From NCBI GenBank assembly GCA_047495785.1, contig JBLDXI010000009.1, positions 3,162,001 to 3,226,000 on the forward strand: DNA of 64,000 bases, written 5' to 3'. The DNA comes from Lepidodermella squamata (Eukaryota > Animalia > Gastrotricha). The position numbers were made by a program, and so were the translations under genes. Under the pieces are notes generated by a model. That model was given only the letters and a program-made list of their open reading frames with translations. It was not told the DNA's origin and did no database searches. Positions 25,416 through 36,779 of this stretch are shown here, in pieces (position 1 is the first letter of the stretch; every line of letters begins with the position of its first letter).

Positions 25416-26218
25416 TCAGTTGAACAATCGCCGGGCCGGACTGATCGATGAATGCGCCAACTGATAAAAAATAAAGCTAGGGATTATCTACAACTGATCG
25501 TAACTAAACCCACCTGTTGAACGCGACTTCGGAGGAAACGATTTTCCAGCTCAATCAAAGTTAAATCTTCAACGTTTCTGCCAGATGACTCGGATATTAT
25601 CTTATCCTTATCCGCTTCAATCACTTTCGTCAGCCGATCGTTCTCGGCCGCTAATGCACTGACAACTTTCTCGAAAGAACTTTTCGTTTCTTCTTCTCGA
25701 TCTTCAAGTTGGTGGGCTTTATCGATAGCCACTTGGAGTTGGGTTAGTAAGTCGCTTCTTTCAGACCGCATCTTCAACAAAGCAGCCATGTTTTTCTCAC
25801 TCAAATGATCAGGACCATTGTCGGATTTCTTCTTCAAGTCGGATAATTCAGCTTTCAGCTGCTGAATTTCCAAGCCTCGGAATTTCAGCTCGTCGGACAA
25901 CTTTCGCTGCAGACGACTGGCGGCTGATTTGGTCTTCTCAAGTTCCCAATCTTTCACAGCTAACTGGCTCTGAATAGCGTAGTAAGCGTCAGAAACTTGC
26001 GAGATGTACGTCAGCGTTTCCCGGGACATGACGGAATGCCTAATGGCGTCGATATCGGCTTTCAAGCCAAGGTTCTGTTTCAGCAGTGATGACATGTTAA
26101 GGCGGCTGTGGAGTAGCTGTCGTTTCAGGCGGTACGTGCGTTTTTTCAGAAAATTCAGCGTGAAGGTACTATTTTTAATACCAGAGGAAGCACGGCGGGG
26201 AATGTCAGGTTGCATCAT
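25416..26218 (-). CDS. Coiled-coil protein of unknown function (2 exons visible)
   Basis: Long open frame rich in heptad L/E/K/Q (ELEKTKSAASRLQRKLSDELK..LKAELSDLKK..). GT-AG intron 25461..25513 leads to LAHSSISPARRLFN*. Likely ATG at 26218 follows a pyrimidine-rich AG. An upstream exon is possible. Confidence 0.7.
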
Positions 26219-26489
26219 TAGCTCACTAGAAGACAGGAAAAACTCGGTCTCAGAATTTGCTAATTGATATAGTGGGATAGACAGTTCATTGTTGAGTAAG
26301 CGGGAGTGCACTGAGGGGTGCACTTTCCCGCACTTTTTTGGATCAAAATCCGGCCGACATTGGGAGACATCATTTAACAGAATGACTCCTTGCGAACATT
26401 GTTCGGGGCGCTATCGTTAGTGCCGTTGATAACCCGGGGATTTACGCTTTTATACGTGAAATTGGAGTTGAAAGAAAATGCGAAGGTTG

Positions 26490-27150
26490 AAATGTGAAAA
26501 GTTGGGGGTTTGACAGTATTTTCGTCAGATTTTGATGCCGCTCTCAAGATCAATGAGCCAGCAGTCCAACCATACCAGAACCAGTTTTTACCCAGTGAAA
26601 AAAGCTGTTGAAAAACCGATTTTTTATGATTTCGTATCAAGTCGTATCAAGTCAAGAAGACGAACGATATCTAAAATAGGTTGATGGTGGTCACGGTTGC
26701 TGAGAAAATGGGCTTCTAAGTTTCGGGTAAAAATTGCCAATTTCGAAAAATTCGCGCTTAAAAATTTAGCTTTTTATTGCATCAATTAATTCCGATCATT
26801 TATTTTCTTATGCACATTTGACGCTTTCTCAGGGTAATCTGAGGTGAGGAATATTGCTAGATATTCAAAAATATTCAAATATTCGAAGATATTCAAGCTA
26901 GTGATCACGCGTCAACCTAATCGATAAGACTTTTCGGCGATACGTTTCCCGACTTTTGAGGTAGATAGGAACCTTCTTCTGAATTTCAACAATTCAAAAT
27001 CCTCAAAGAAAACTGAGTAAATAAGGACATCTAAGAATCCAAGAATCTTCCGTCTTCAAATCAACACACGTTTTGCCATTTGCTGGAAAACACGGAAATT
27101 ACGCCAAATCTCACTTATCAATTTTCAACGGTCATTTTACATGCGCAATC
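26490..27150. repeat. Dispersed repeat family B, copy 1
   Basis: Colinear blocks shared with 34260-34830: gatgccgct.tcaaga, ggttgctgagaaaat.ggcttc, gggtaatctgagg.gaggaat, cgtcaacctaa, ttttcggcgatac, acgttttgccatt.gctggaaaa.acggaaa. Confidence 0.8.
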
Positions 27151-29843
27151 GTAATTTTTGGCCAATCTCAGATGAGGAGTCTCGCTGGAAATTCGAAAAT
27201 TCACGTAATTTACGGAAAAAGTCTTGTTTCTCCCATTCAACCTGAATCGATAAGGCCTTTCGTCGACACTTTTTGGTTTCACGAGAGATGGGAGCCTCCC
27301 AGAGGTCTGAGGAATTCGTAACTTCAACACCCTCAAAACCGCTGACCTACTGACTAAAAACATGGGAATATCCGATTTGCGGAGAAGAAACGACACTCGT
27401 TTCCCTTGTCACTGCGTTTTGCCTTCCATTCACATGAAGAACGCCACTTTTTTATTTGCCAGCCATAACCTTGAAATGTTGGGAATCCATATGACTATTT
27501 CGATTTCGGGTGTCTTGACAAATTCCGAATTCTAAATCCAGTTAGTTGAGGAAAGGTTTTGTCAAGTTAATTCCAAATCCCTGTCGTTATTAGGTGCACC
27601 GGCAACCCCTGAGATGTCTGCGCAACGACAAGGCCGACTTTTTTAAACTGAATTTCAGCGTTTGAGAAGGACACGTCCGGTTATTGTTTTTCAAAGTGGC
27701 CCTCTTTACTTTTCATTAATTCTACGAAATTAAATTGTAACAGAATGCAGAGGAATTTTAGTGATTTGATTAGAATCTAAATTGGCCATCGTTCTCGGTG
27801 GGGGGTGTGGCAGCAAATAAAATTTAAAACGCCGAACTGAATTACTCATGTGAAATTAGCATGCTGTCATGGCGCGACTACTACTGGACGAAATGTCCAC
27901 CTAGAATTAAGAGAATAATTGGAGCGAGGCATTTTTTTTTACTTTCAAATGTCCCGATTTGAAGGTGGTGTAACTTCATTTTGAAGGCATTAAATGACCA
28001 TAGTTCCAAAACAGTGCGAGACAGCAGTCTGCCAGAGTGATATTCCTCGACAGGGCGATCAAAAACTAATCAAACTTAAATTGAGGATCTTTTTAAACAA
28101 CGCTCCCATGCGGCTGAGCAGCAAATTTCGAATGTCGACTAATAACAGGGCAAGGCTGTCGGCTTTTTCGCCGTGTTGCGTTAGAACTCTTAAACTTGTG
28201 GCGCCTTTACGCATTCACCTTTCAAATGATGTCGCTTATTATAATGAATTATATTGCCTGGACCTGCTTCGTAAACATGACAGAAAGGGTGAAGTTGATA
28301 CGTCCCAAACTCGGGTTTTCCGACTAGATTTCAGCTTATTGAAAGACATGTCGGGTTTTTCCTTCGAAAGCATGATCCTCTTTATTTTCCATGACGCAAA
28401 CTTTCCAAAAAAATATGGAATTTTAAATAATGCGGGGGAATTATCATCGATATGATTAGAATCTAATAAACTGCCCGCAGTCCGTGATTGAAGCATGGTA
28501 TTACGGCAGTTTACTTCGAGCGAGCAGAGGACGAGGTAAACTATAAAAATTCGAATTACATATTATGTGGGGAATTGAATTATCCACTTTAGAAACCATG
28601 CTGCCAGGGCTCGAATAATCCTGGAGGACACTTCATCTACTCTAAAATTAAGATAATTATCCGAACCAGACTTTTTTCAACTGTCCGAGGTTAAAGGCAA
28701 TCACACTTTCTTTTGAACGCATTTTCTACTGGAAAATTGTCCGGTGCAACACGTTTAATCTTAATCAAAATGTAAGAGTAATTTGATGTTTTTTCTTGCT
28801 TATTTGGAGCAAATAAGTTGTAGGGCTTCTTTCTTTCGCATTTTTCAACATTTCGTTTGAGGACTAATTCAATGTGAAGATCCTGCCCGGGTGGTATAAC
28901 GCCTCCTTAATAATTAGCCATCTTAAATAGCAGTATCACACTCTGCGACGGATTTATCGACCTTGTCCATATATTTTTTTTCTACATTCTTTTGAGTATC
29001 ACATTATGGAGCCTTGCATCAAACAATTTGTATATATGCAGCCATATCGCTGGGCTGCTCGCCAAATTTCTGCGGTCAAATATTGACCCTTCGCTTTTTG
29101 GTCTAGAGACTCAATCAACAATGCACATTAAATGATGATCAACTCCATGAATAATGCTACGCCGCGTTCGAATTCCAAGACAAATCAACGGCGTTAGATA
29201 GTGTTAGATCAATTGCAATGACAGCGGTTGGTTTGCACCTAATTTGATAGAGTAGCTTTTACAGCTCGAGATCGCGCGTTAACCGAAGCGTTATTACAAT
29301 AATGCGAAATAAACGATTCGCCCGCGTGTAATTATTTTCGCAGACAGCAAAAAAACTGCGCATATATCTTTCCGCGCTCATGTCAAATATTATGCGCTCG
29401 CCTACCGCGCGCGAGTCAATCATCTCGCCGTAAAAGAGATGAAGAAAAACTTGGCGGAGAATCATCTATCATCTCTCATCCCGGCGCCGCGCGCTATCTT
29501 ATTCTAGCTTACTACAACATCTATTTATTATTGATGTCATTACACCAGAAGTCCACGTCGTAAACAAAAGCGCGCCCACAATTATTGTTGAAGCTGTCCT
29601 CGCTGAAAATGTCCGGTCGCCTTTTGTGCGATAATAGGTATGACGTATCTTGGGTGCGAAGTGGTCATCCATCACAGGCCATACACAAAAATCGATGTAA
29701 TTTACGCGCCCATCTAAGCCTCGCTAATCCAATCGATCAATAAGGCTGAAATTGAGCGTAATAAATACCCAGTTTTTTCTAGTGATATTATTATATAAAT
29801 GCGGCCGTCGATTTCGAAATTTTTCATTATTTTACGCCGATAA

Positions 29844-32800
29844 ATGGATCGAATTTTGCAAGGTCCTAAAGGTTCACTGGTGATTTTCGACTACACCGTG
29901 TTGGTGTTGGCGGTGATTTTCAACCTGTTCGCGCTGCTCGGCACAGTCAAGGGCCGGTTTGTGTTGAAAAACTACCGCCGCTATTTGATATCTCTGGTTG
30001 TTTCAAATTTGTTCCTCTGCTGTGTTAACGCGGCGTCGTTTGCGAATCAGGCGCTGACGGCGCTCGAACTCGGGCCCGATGTCGAGTTTCAACGGTGCGC
30101 GGCAAATTTTCAACGCAGTGCGCTGCTTTTCGGAATTTTCGCGAATTTATTCACAATTTTTGGAATGAGCGTCGAGCATTACATTGGAATAGTAAGCGAA
30201 TCGGACATTTTTTTATTAATCGCTTTATTTTTTCTATTTTTATCTAGATGTATCCGTTGAGATATGGTTCGGTAAGTCCTTTGGGATTTTTTGTGAAAGA
30301 AGTTTGACACACCACGCTGATTCAATTTATTCCCATGACACTTCGGGGGTGGGAAAGCTAGTTCTAGAAAAAAATGCATCGATCACGCATCACTAAAGCG
30401 ATGAATTAAAAGTAGAATTGTCCAAGTAAAAATAGAAAAAAATGAGTAGGTTACAGTGGAAAATATGCTGTTACAGATCGGAATATTTTGAGCTATCTTG
30501 GTCTGATTGAGTAAAATTCTGGCAGCATTTAACCCTATTTGAGCAAGGAAGCATAAAAGGCAAAGAAATAACAGGATTCCGAAACTCCTGCGAATTTGCG
30601 AATTCAATTTTATTGCTTTAAAATGAGGTAAAAGTCTGAAAAATGGAAAAGCGAGCAAATCCCGCCAAAAAGGAGAAGCAAGTTGGTCGAGCCATTTGCC
30701 ATCTTACGTTTCGAATGTTGCCGATCCCATATATTTCGTACATTAGTCGCTCGGAAGGGATCTCTTATCACTTCCTAATGACCATGAAACCTTACAGGTA
30801 TTTATTGTTGACGCGGCAATAATTAAAATTAGGCAAACTAGAACAGATCTCTCGATTAAGTAATCAGCGCGGGACGGATGCAAGGACTTATTCCTAAAGC
30901 TGAACCCACACCTCAGTCACTCAGTAAGGCCCTCAAGAGGTCCCTTGTCCCCCGCATGTCACCTGGGCTTCTCGAATTGAGGATCGCGGCCCTTTTCGCG
31001 TGGGTTGCACGATCGCGGGAGTCACCTGATAATTTTGATAAAATTGCTGAGATTTTTCTTCTAATTTTGTGCTACTCTTCAAGAAAAATCTTCGAAAATA
31101 GCGCCAGCTAAAACTCGTTGCGCTTTTGTCCCACGGTATTTAACCGAAAACCGGCTGAAAATTCGGCAAAATGTTTTAAGAAATTATTTGAAAAATGGAG
31201 GTAAGTTGGACGCGGAATTTCGGAATTTTGACAGTATTTTTCTCTAATGAGAAATGGATAGGTAATGAAGAATGTGGTAAGGGTCACAGCCCGGTAAGAA
31301 TTTCGATTCTGGGATTCGCGAAGGGTTATATGTGAGAAGCCCTGGTTAACCCTTCGGGTAACAGTTCTCTTCTGATATGCAAGTACTATAGTTTTTGAAC
31401 TATTATTTATGATTTGATTAGGCTGGAAATTTAAATCTCAAATTTTAGGACGACGTTTGACTAGCATTTCGAAATCCACATACGACATGACTTTGTTAAT
31501 TTTTGGGTGTGCCAAGTGCGCACCCTAAATTTAGGGTTCCAGTGCTAACTTTGAGACTCAAAGACTAGATTTCCACTAAATATGGTTTTTTGAGTTTCGT
31601 GTTCTTACTAGAATCGGAATGTTTTACTATTATGCCTAACGGATAGATCTTCATATTACATTTATTTTGCGCTATAAGCGGACAGTTTACAAGTTGTATT
31701 ACATCCTACAGAGCCGATATCGATTGCAAGTATCGATTTTTCAAATCGGTGATTTTTCCGATATCAGCATGTCGTGGAACCCAACATCCATAATTTTCCT
31801 TCGTAGCTTAGGGCACCATTCGGCTAAAATAAAAAATCCTAGGTTCAAGGAGAGCATTAATATCGATCAAAAAACGAAAACACCGAAATCGCAAAGAATC
31901 TGAAAAATTTAGTACCAGGACGATTAAACTTAGTGCTGGAACCTCAATTTTAGTGGTGCAAAAATTTGAAACCTTAATTTGTTTCAGATTGTCAAGACAA
32001 TTTGGCTTCGAAATTCGCTAACTATCATCTGGATAGCTTCCTTTTTCCTGGCATTCGGCGACATGATCATCGGAGTCAGCATCTACTTCCTAATTCAAAA
32101 TTTATTCAGCACAACCCGGTCGAATGAGCGGCTAAACTGCGTGCTAGATCGCCGAAATGCCACTACAACACCGCCTGTAACTCGGCACAAAATCTCAGCC
32201 CAACTGCTACCGAAAACAACCGAACAATACTCGTTCAACAATCGAATTCAGGAGGCTGAAACAACGCCGTGGTCGCCTGTTACCTCGTACGACCAACAAA
32301 AACTGGCCCTTCAACCCGCTGCGTTGAAGAACTTCGAACTCCTCGACCTTCACAACGCCATCAGCCACAACCAGCTGGCGAAAAGCGCTGAATCAGCCTC
32401 CGAGTCTTACTTGTCCTGCTTCGAACGGCGGGTCGACGATCTGGAGCAGGAGAATTCGAATTGGTGTACTTTTATTCTGGAGAACAAAATTTGGCCAGAA
32501 GGATTTGCTACAATAGTTACAGTTTCCTGCTTCTTTTTCCTAACTTTTTTCTACGGCCGGATAATCAAACAAATGTTGCGGAAAAATCGGCGCATTTTCC
32601 GCGAGTGGATTGTTACTACTGTTTTGTTACTAGCGACCTTTGTCATTTGCTGGCTGCCCTTCATGCTGCTGGAATTTATCGCCGTTGTAGTCGCGTATCA
32701 GGTGCATCATTACGGGCCGAGTTGGACGGCGATGCAGTTGTCGCTGCGGTTGGTCTACGTTCACAACATGTTTCACTCGGTTTTTCTGTGCTTTCCTCTT

Positions 32801-35800
32801 CTCGATCCTATCCTACACGTCACGCGCGTTTCTGCAGTTAGGAAGTAAGTGAAAATAATTGATTCGTCTGTGAAATTTCGCGCAAAAAAGATAGCTTAAA
32901 ATTTGTATAAACAATTTGTATATAATATATAATAATAAGGAATCCTGGCAAAGGGTGTGTTCAAAAAGTCTCAGAGCTTCAGAACGCTGTTCTTTCAGAA
33001 TTACTCGATAATTGCGTTTTTTAATGTTCAGAGCGATTTTTCGCATTGTTTAGTTTCAGAGGAAAGGGACACAGATGCTCTTGATTACGCTTTCAGGCGA
33101 TTTTTTAATGCTCAGAACGTTCAGTGAGGGACAAGCATTGTTCGAAGTTTCAGGCTGCTCGAGCAGTCTGAAACTTTCCCTGATTACTCACGTGCGTCAT
33201 GATTAGTCACAATGGTTCGATATGAATTTTATTTTTATCAATTTTTTGACGGCAAAGCGTTTCTACGTCTGCAAAGTGGGAAAATTATTCGGAAACCTTG
33301 CGGAACACCTTGGAACGCCTCTACGGCACATTTCTACTTCACAGCTATTAAAAATTTATCAATTTTCAAGTTTGAATAAATGAATTTCTTTAATTAATCA
33401 ATGCAAAAAAATAGCAAATGAAATGCCGAATGGTACCACTTCTTCCTTTCCCCTTTTTCAGGAAAACACATAAGGCTCAGGTCAATTTTTAATTTTTCCT
33501 TTCCAAAAATTGAAAATTAAATTAAAAAATTAAAAATTAAAAATTTTGGGCGGCATCACATATTTTCAATTTCACAACTGCTAATTTTCGAAGCCTTCCC
33601 AAAACATTTTGAAAAATACCTTTACTTTTATCGGGAGGGTGATAGCTGCAGCTTTCAATTAAAAATCAAGAGTCGTTTGATGAACAATTCCCAAAAATTC
33701 ATTCAGATCGAGACCGATTCCAAACTTTCTCGCAGCATGTATAATTTATGCCGATAAAATCGCGGCGACACTGTGGCGGTCTAGATTCTAGATTGTTCTC
33801 TATCGTCGTAAACCGAAAAAACGGGTTGAAAATCAATCGACAATCCGTCAGGTCGCTATTATTTGCCTTTTGGTGGGAAATTATTACAAAAATGTTCCCA
33901 AAAAATCAAAATTGAAGAGAGACTGTTGGGCGCAAATTCCTAACAATTTTCCCACAATTTATTGCAATATTTAAAAAATTTCCCGAGGTGAATAAGCTTT
34001 CCGCGTTAGACTGCGATAAAAAGAAATAAAAGTTAAAGTTTCGTTGAAACACTATTGCGCAATGAGTGAACAAAGCCTGTAATCAAGAATGTGCATTCAG
34101 TGGCGCTGAGACTTTTTGAACACACCCAAAGCAAGATTTTCTCGAAAGAATTGTCCTTTGTTCTCGAATTTAGGGTTACACTCCTAAATTTGAGGTTTCA
34201 GCACAAGTTTTCCACAAATCTTGGGTTTGCGATCCCATGCTTGCACAAATGACCGGAACCAAGTGAAAAGTGGGGTTTGGCGATATTTTTGACATCGTGA
34301 GATTTGATGCCGCTTTCAAGACCAATGAACGATATCAAAAAAAGGTCGATAGCAATCAGGGTTGCTGAGAAAATCGGCTTCAAAGTTTACAGGTGGAAAT
34401 TTCTAAAAAATGCGCGCTTAAGAAATCAAGTTTTTTATTACATCATTAAATAATTCTTCGCGCAATACATGCTGCTGCTATTTTCTTATGCTATTTTTTG
34501 GGGTAATCTGAGGCGAGGAATCTTGCGAAATGTTCAACAATTTGGATGGAATCAAGCCAGTGATTCCACGTCAACCTAAAGCGATGAGCCTTTTCGGCGA
34601 TACTTTGGGGTTATCCCGTCTATTGAGGTGCATGGGAGCCTCCTGGAGATCTGAAGTTTGAAAATAAAAAATCCTCCAGAAAAATGACTAAGAACATCTA
34701 GGAATCCCTGAATCGTCCCGCTCCAAGTCAACTACGTTTTGCCATTAGCTGGAAAATACGGAAAATTCACCACACCCCACTTTTCACTTGTTTCAGGTCA
34801 AATAGCTTTCACAATTAAGCGTAATTTGCGCTCTAGGCAGTCATTTACCCATTCGTATTTCAGCCTTCAGCCTTCGATATCGATTTCAAATACGTATCGA
34901 TTTTTTAACATCAGTGATATTTCCGATACTTGCGAATACCTATTATTGGGTTAGTGGCCTGAAATCCTTTTTCGGATATTTCTTGAAAGCGTAGAATCAT
35001 TTTAAAAGAGACTCTGGGCAAATTTGGTTCCGCTACTGAAAATTTACTGGTTTCGTTAAAAGTACAGAGGAACCCCGATTTCCCGTCATCTACGGTGCCA
35101 CGAAAATCCTGACGGGAAATCTATGCAATTATGAGTGTAATTGCCCTCTGCGGGTCCAAGTCGCTCCTTAAAATTTACATATCGTTATTTCCCGTCAGAC
35201 GGGAAATCTGGGTTCCACTGTATTCTGTTTTTTAATATTCGGATAGATTCAATTCTAGAACCTCAATTTTAGTGGTGGAAATACCTTGACGCATTTTCCA
35301 TTTCAGACTTTCTAAGGTGCTGATCGTAGCTTTTAAAATCGATGAAAAATCGGAATCAGATGGCTAAGATGGTTAGAATTCAGAGAAGCGAGATCAACTT
35401 GAGAAACCATAATTTCTGGAACAATTTTCTTTTAGCGGAACCAAAATTGTCCGTATATAGTTGAGGATCCAAATTTTAAAACTTGGCACCGAACTCAGAA
35501 ACCGAACTGAAGTCCACATTTTGAAATTACTTCAACAACTGAAATTCAACCTGTATAATAAATAATCACATCGCTGATTTACCTGAAAAACCTGAGCGCA
35601 GCGAGCAAAAGGTTTGCCTTAAAAATGCGTTCAAATGCGCAATGCTTGGAAATTTCAAAAGTTTTGAACGCGCGTTCTCCATTTTTGCTTTGCAGCAATG
35701 AATCATGATAGCATGATGATTTTGGAAGGTAATTTGTGGGACCTCATTCATAATTAACTTCCGCTTTAATGCGACTAAAAATAGGACTTCAGTGTTTCAA

Positions 35801-36486
35801 GCCGGAAATTTAATTCAGTCTGTTCCTATAAATATTGAGCTTTCCGTTTCAGTAGTTCCAAGGTTAAGTTCAACATGTTATTATATTGCAGATATTTCAA
35901 GTCGTGGCCTTGCTTCAACGCGCGCGCCCTTGACAAGACGCTGTCGTACACGATCCACCAACAACTGCTGCTCACGCACCAGCGATCGCGGCGCACCGAT
36001 AGCCAGCGCTCTGCACCAGGCAAAGAAACCATTCCATCAGCCGCCGCTAAAAAGCTGAGCCAGGCCAACGCCGCCGTTCGCCTGCTCAGCGGCGACTACT
36101 CGGACCAGTCGCGCGAAGAAACGAATATCGTCGATGTGGGCGCGCTGTCTAGCCCGGACACTACATCACCGCCTACTTCAATTCTCAACAGCAGCATAGA
36201 CAATAATAATAATAGTAAAAATAATAACAATAATTACCAGCAAAAATACGCGGAAATGAGTGAAACTAAACGAACAGCCTTAGCGGCGTTGCACGGCGTT
36301 GCGATGCTGGTCGGCGCCACGGCGGCGCCATGCGCCACTAAAACAGCGGCAACACCCGACTGGGCGGACGATGCCGAAGAAATGATTATCGCCAAAGAAA
36401 TTCAGCGGCTAAACAGCGGCGGTAAAAACCTCCATCAGCAGCAGCGAAATCAACGCGTCGCTAGGCAATTTGTTTCCGTAGTTTGA
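29844..36486 (+). CDS. Class A GPCR, array copy 9 (two large TE-filled introns)
   Basis: GPKGSL, NYRRYLISLVVSN, MSVEHY, 24-nt exon 30248..30271. TM4-7 in ORF 31979..32848 (CWLP, FPLLDPILHVTR). Introns ~30272..31987 and ~32845..35891. C-tail in ORF 35875..36486 with a poly-Asn tract. Confidence 0.9.
31521..31958. mobile_element. MITE family A (~440 bp) with ~32-bp imperfect TIRs
   Basis: Left end caccctaaatttagggttccagtgctaacttt vs reverse complement of right end caccactaaaattgaggttccagcactaagttt. An inverted, internally deleted copy lies at ~37778-38024. Confidence 0.7.
32953..34127. mobile_element. Non-autonomous DNA transposon, PIF/Harbinger-like (1175 bp)
   Basis: Perfect 22-bp TIR GGGTGTGTTCAAAAAGTCTCAG at both ends, 3-bp AAA flanking both sides, no transposase ORF. 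Confidence 0.8.
34260..34830. repeat. Dispersed repeat family B, copy 2
   Basis: Same-orientation homolog of 26490-27150. Bracketed by family A-like ends at ~34178 and ~35258-35278. Confidence 0.8.
35065..35220. mobile_element. pogo/Tigger-like MITE (156 bp)
   Basis: TIR CAGAGGAACCCCGATTTCCCGTC / GACGGGAAATCTGGGTTCCACTG, TA on both sides, internal repeats of TTTCCCGTC/GACGGGAAA. Confidence 0.8.
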
Positions 36487-36779
36487 GTCTCGGTTGCAAT
36501 TTCCTCGGCAAACCAACCTTTATTTCCTGAATTTTCAATAATTTTTTTTTCATTTCAAATTATCGGTGCAGAAAGTTGAATAAAAAAAGAAGTTTTGTTG
36601 AGTCCTGCAAATTAAATATTCCGGTTATTTTTTTTCTCACGCTTCTTTAGTCGCCAGGCTCTTATAACCATACAAAATGTGACCTGAAATTAGTCACGCT
36701 TAACCGAATATTGCGCCAGTCATGTGGTTATTCGCAATTTGATTGACAGTTTTTCGCACATTTTTCGTCAAATTTTTCA

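Noticed and set aside
27994-28455. 153-aa + strand ORF
   Set aside because: No recognisable domain or exon context. It could be a remnant but is unsupported.
36202-36237. AAT/AAC repeat in the copy 9 C-tail
   Set aside because: Ordinary coding microsatellite (poly-Asn).
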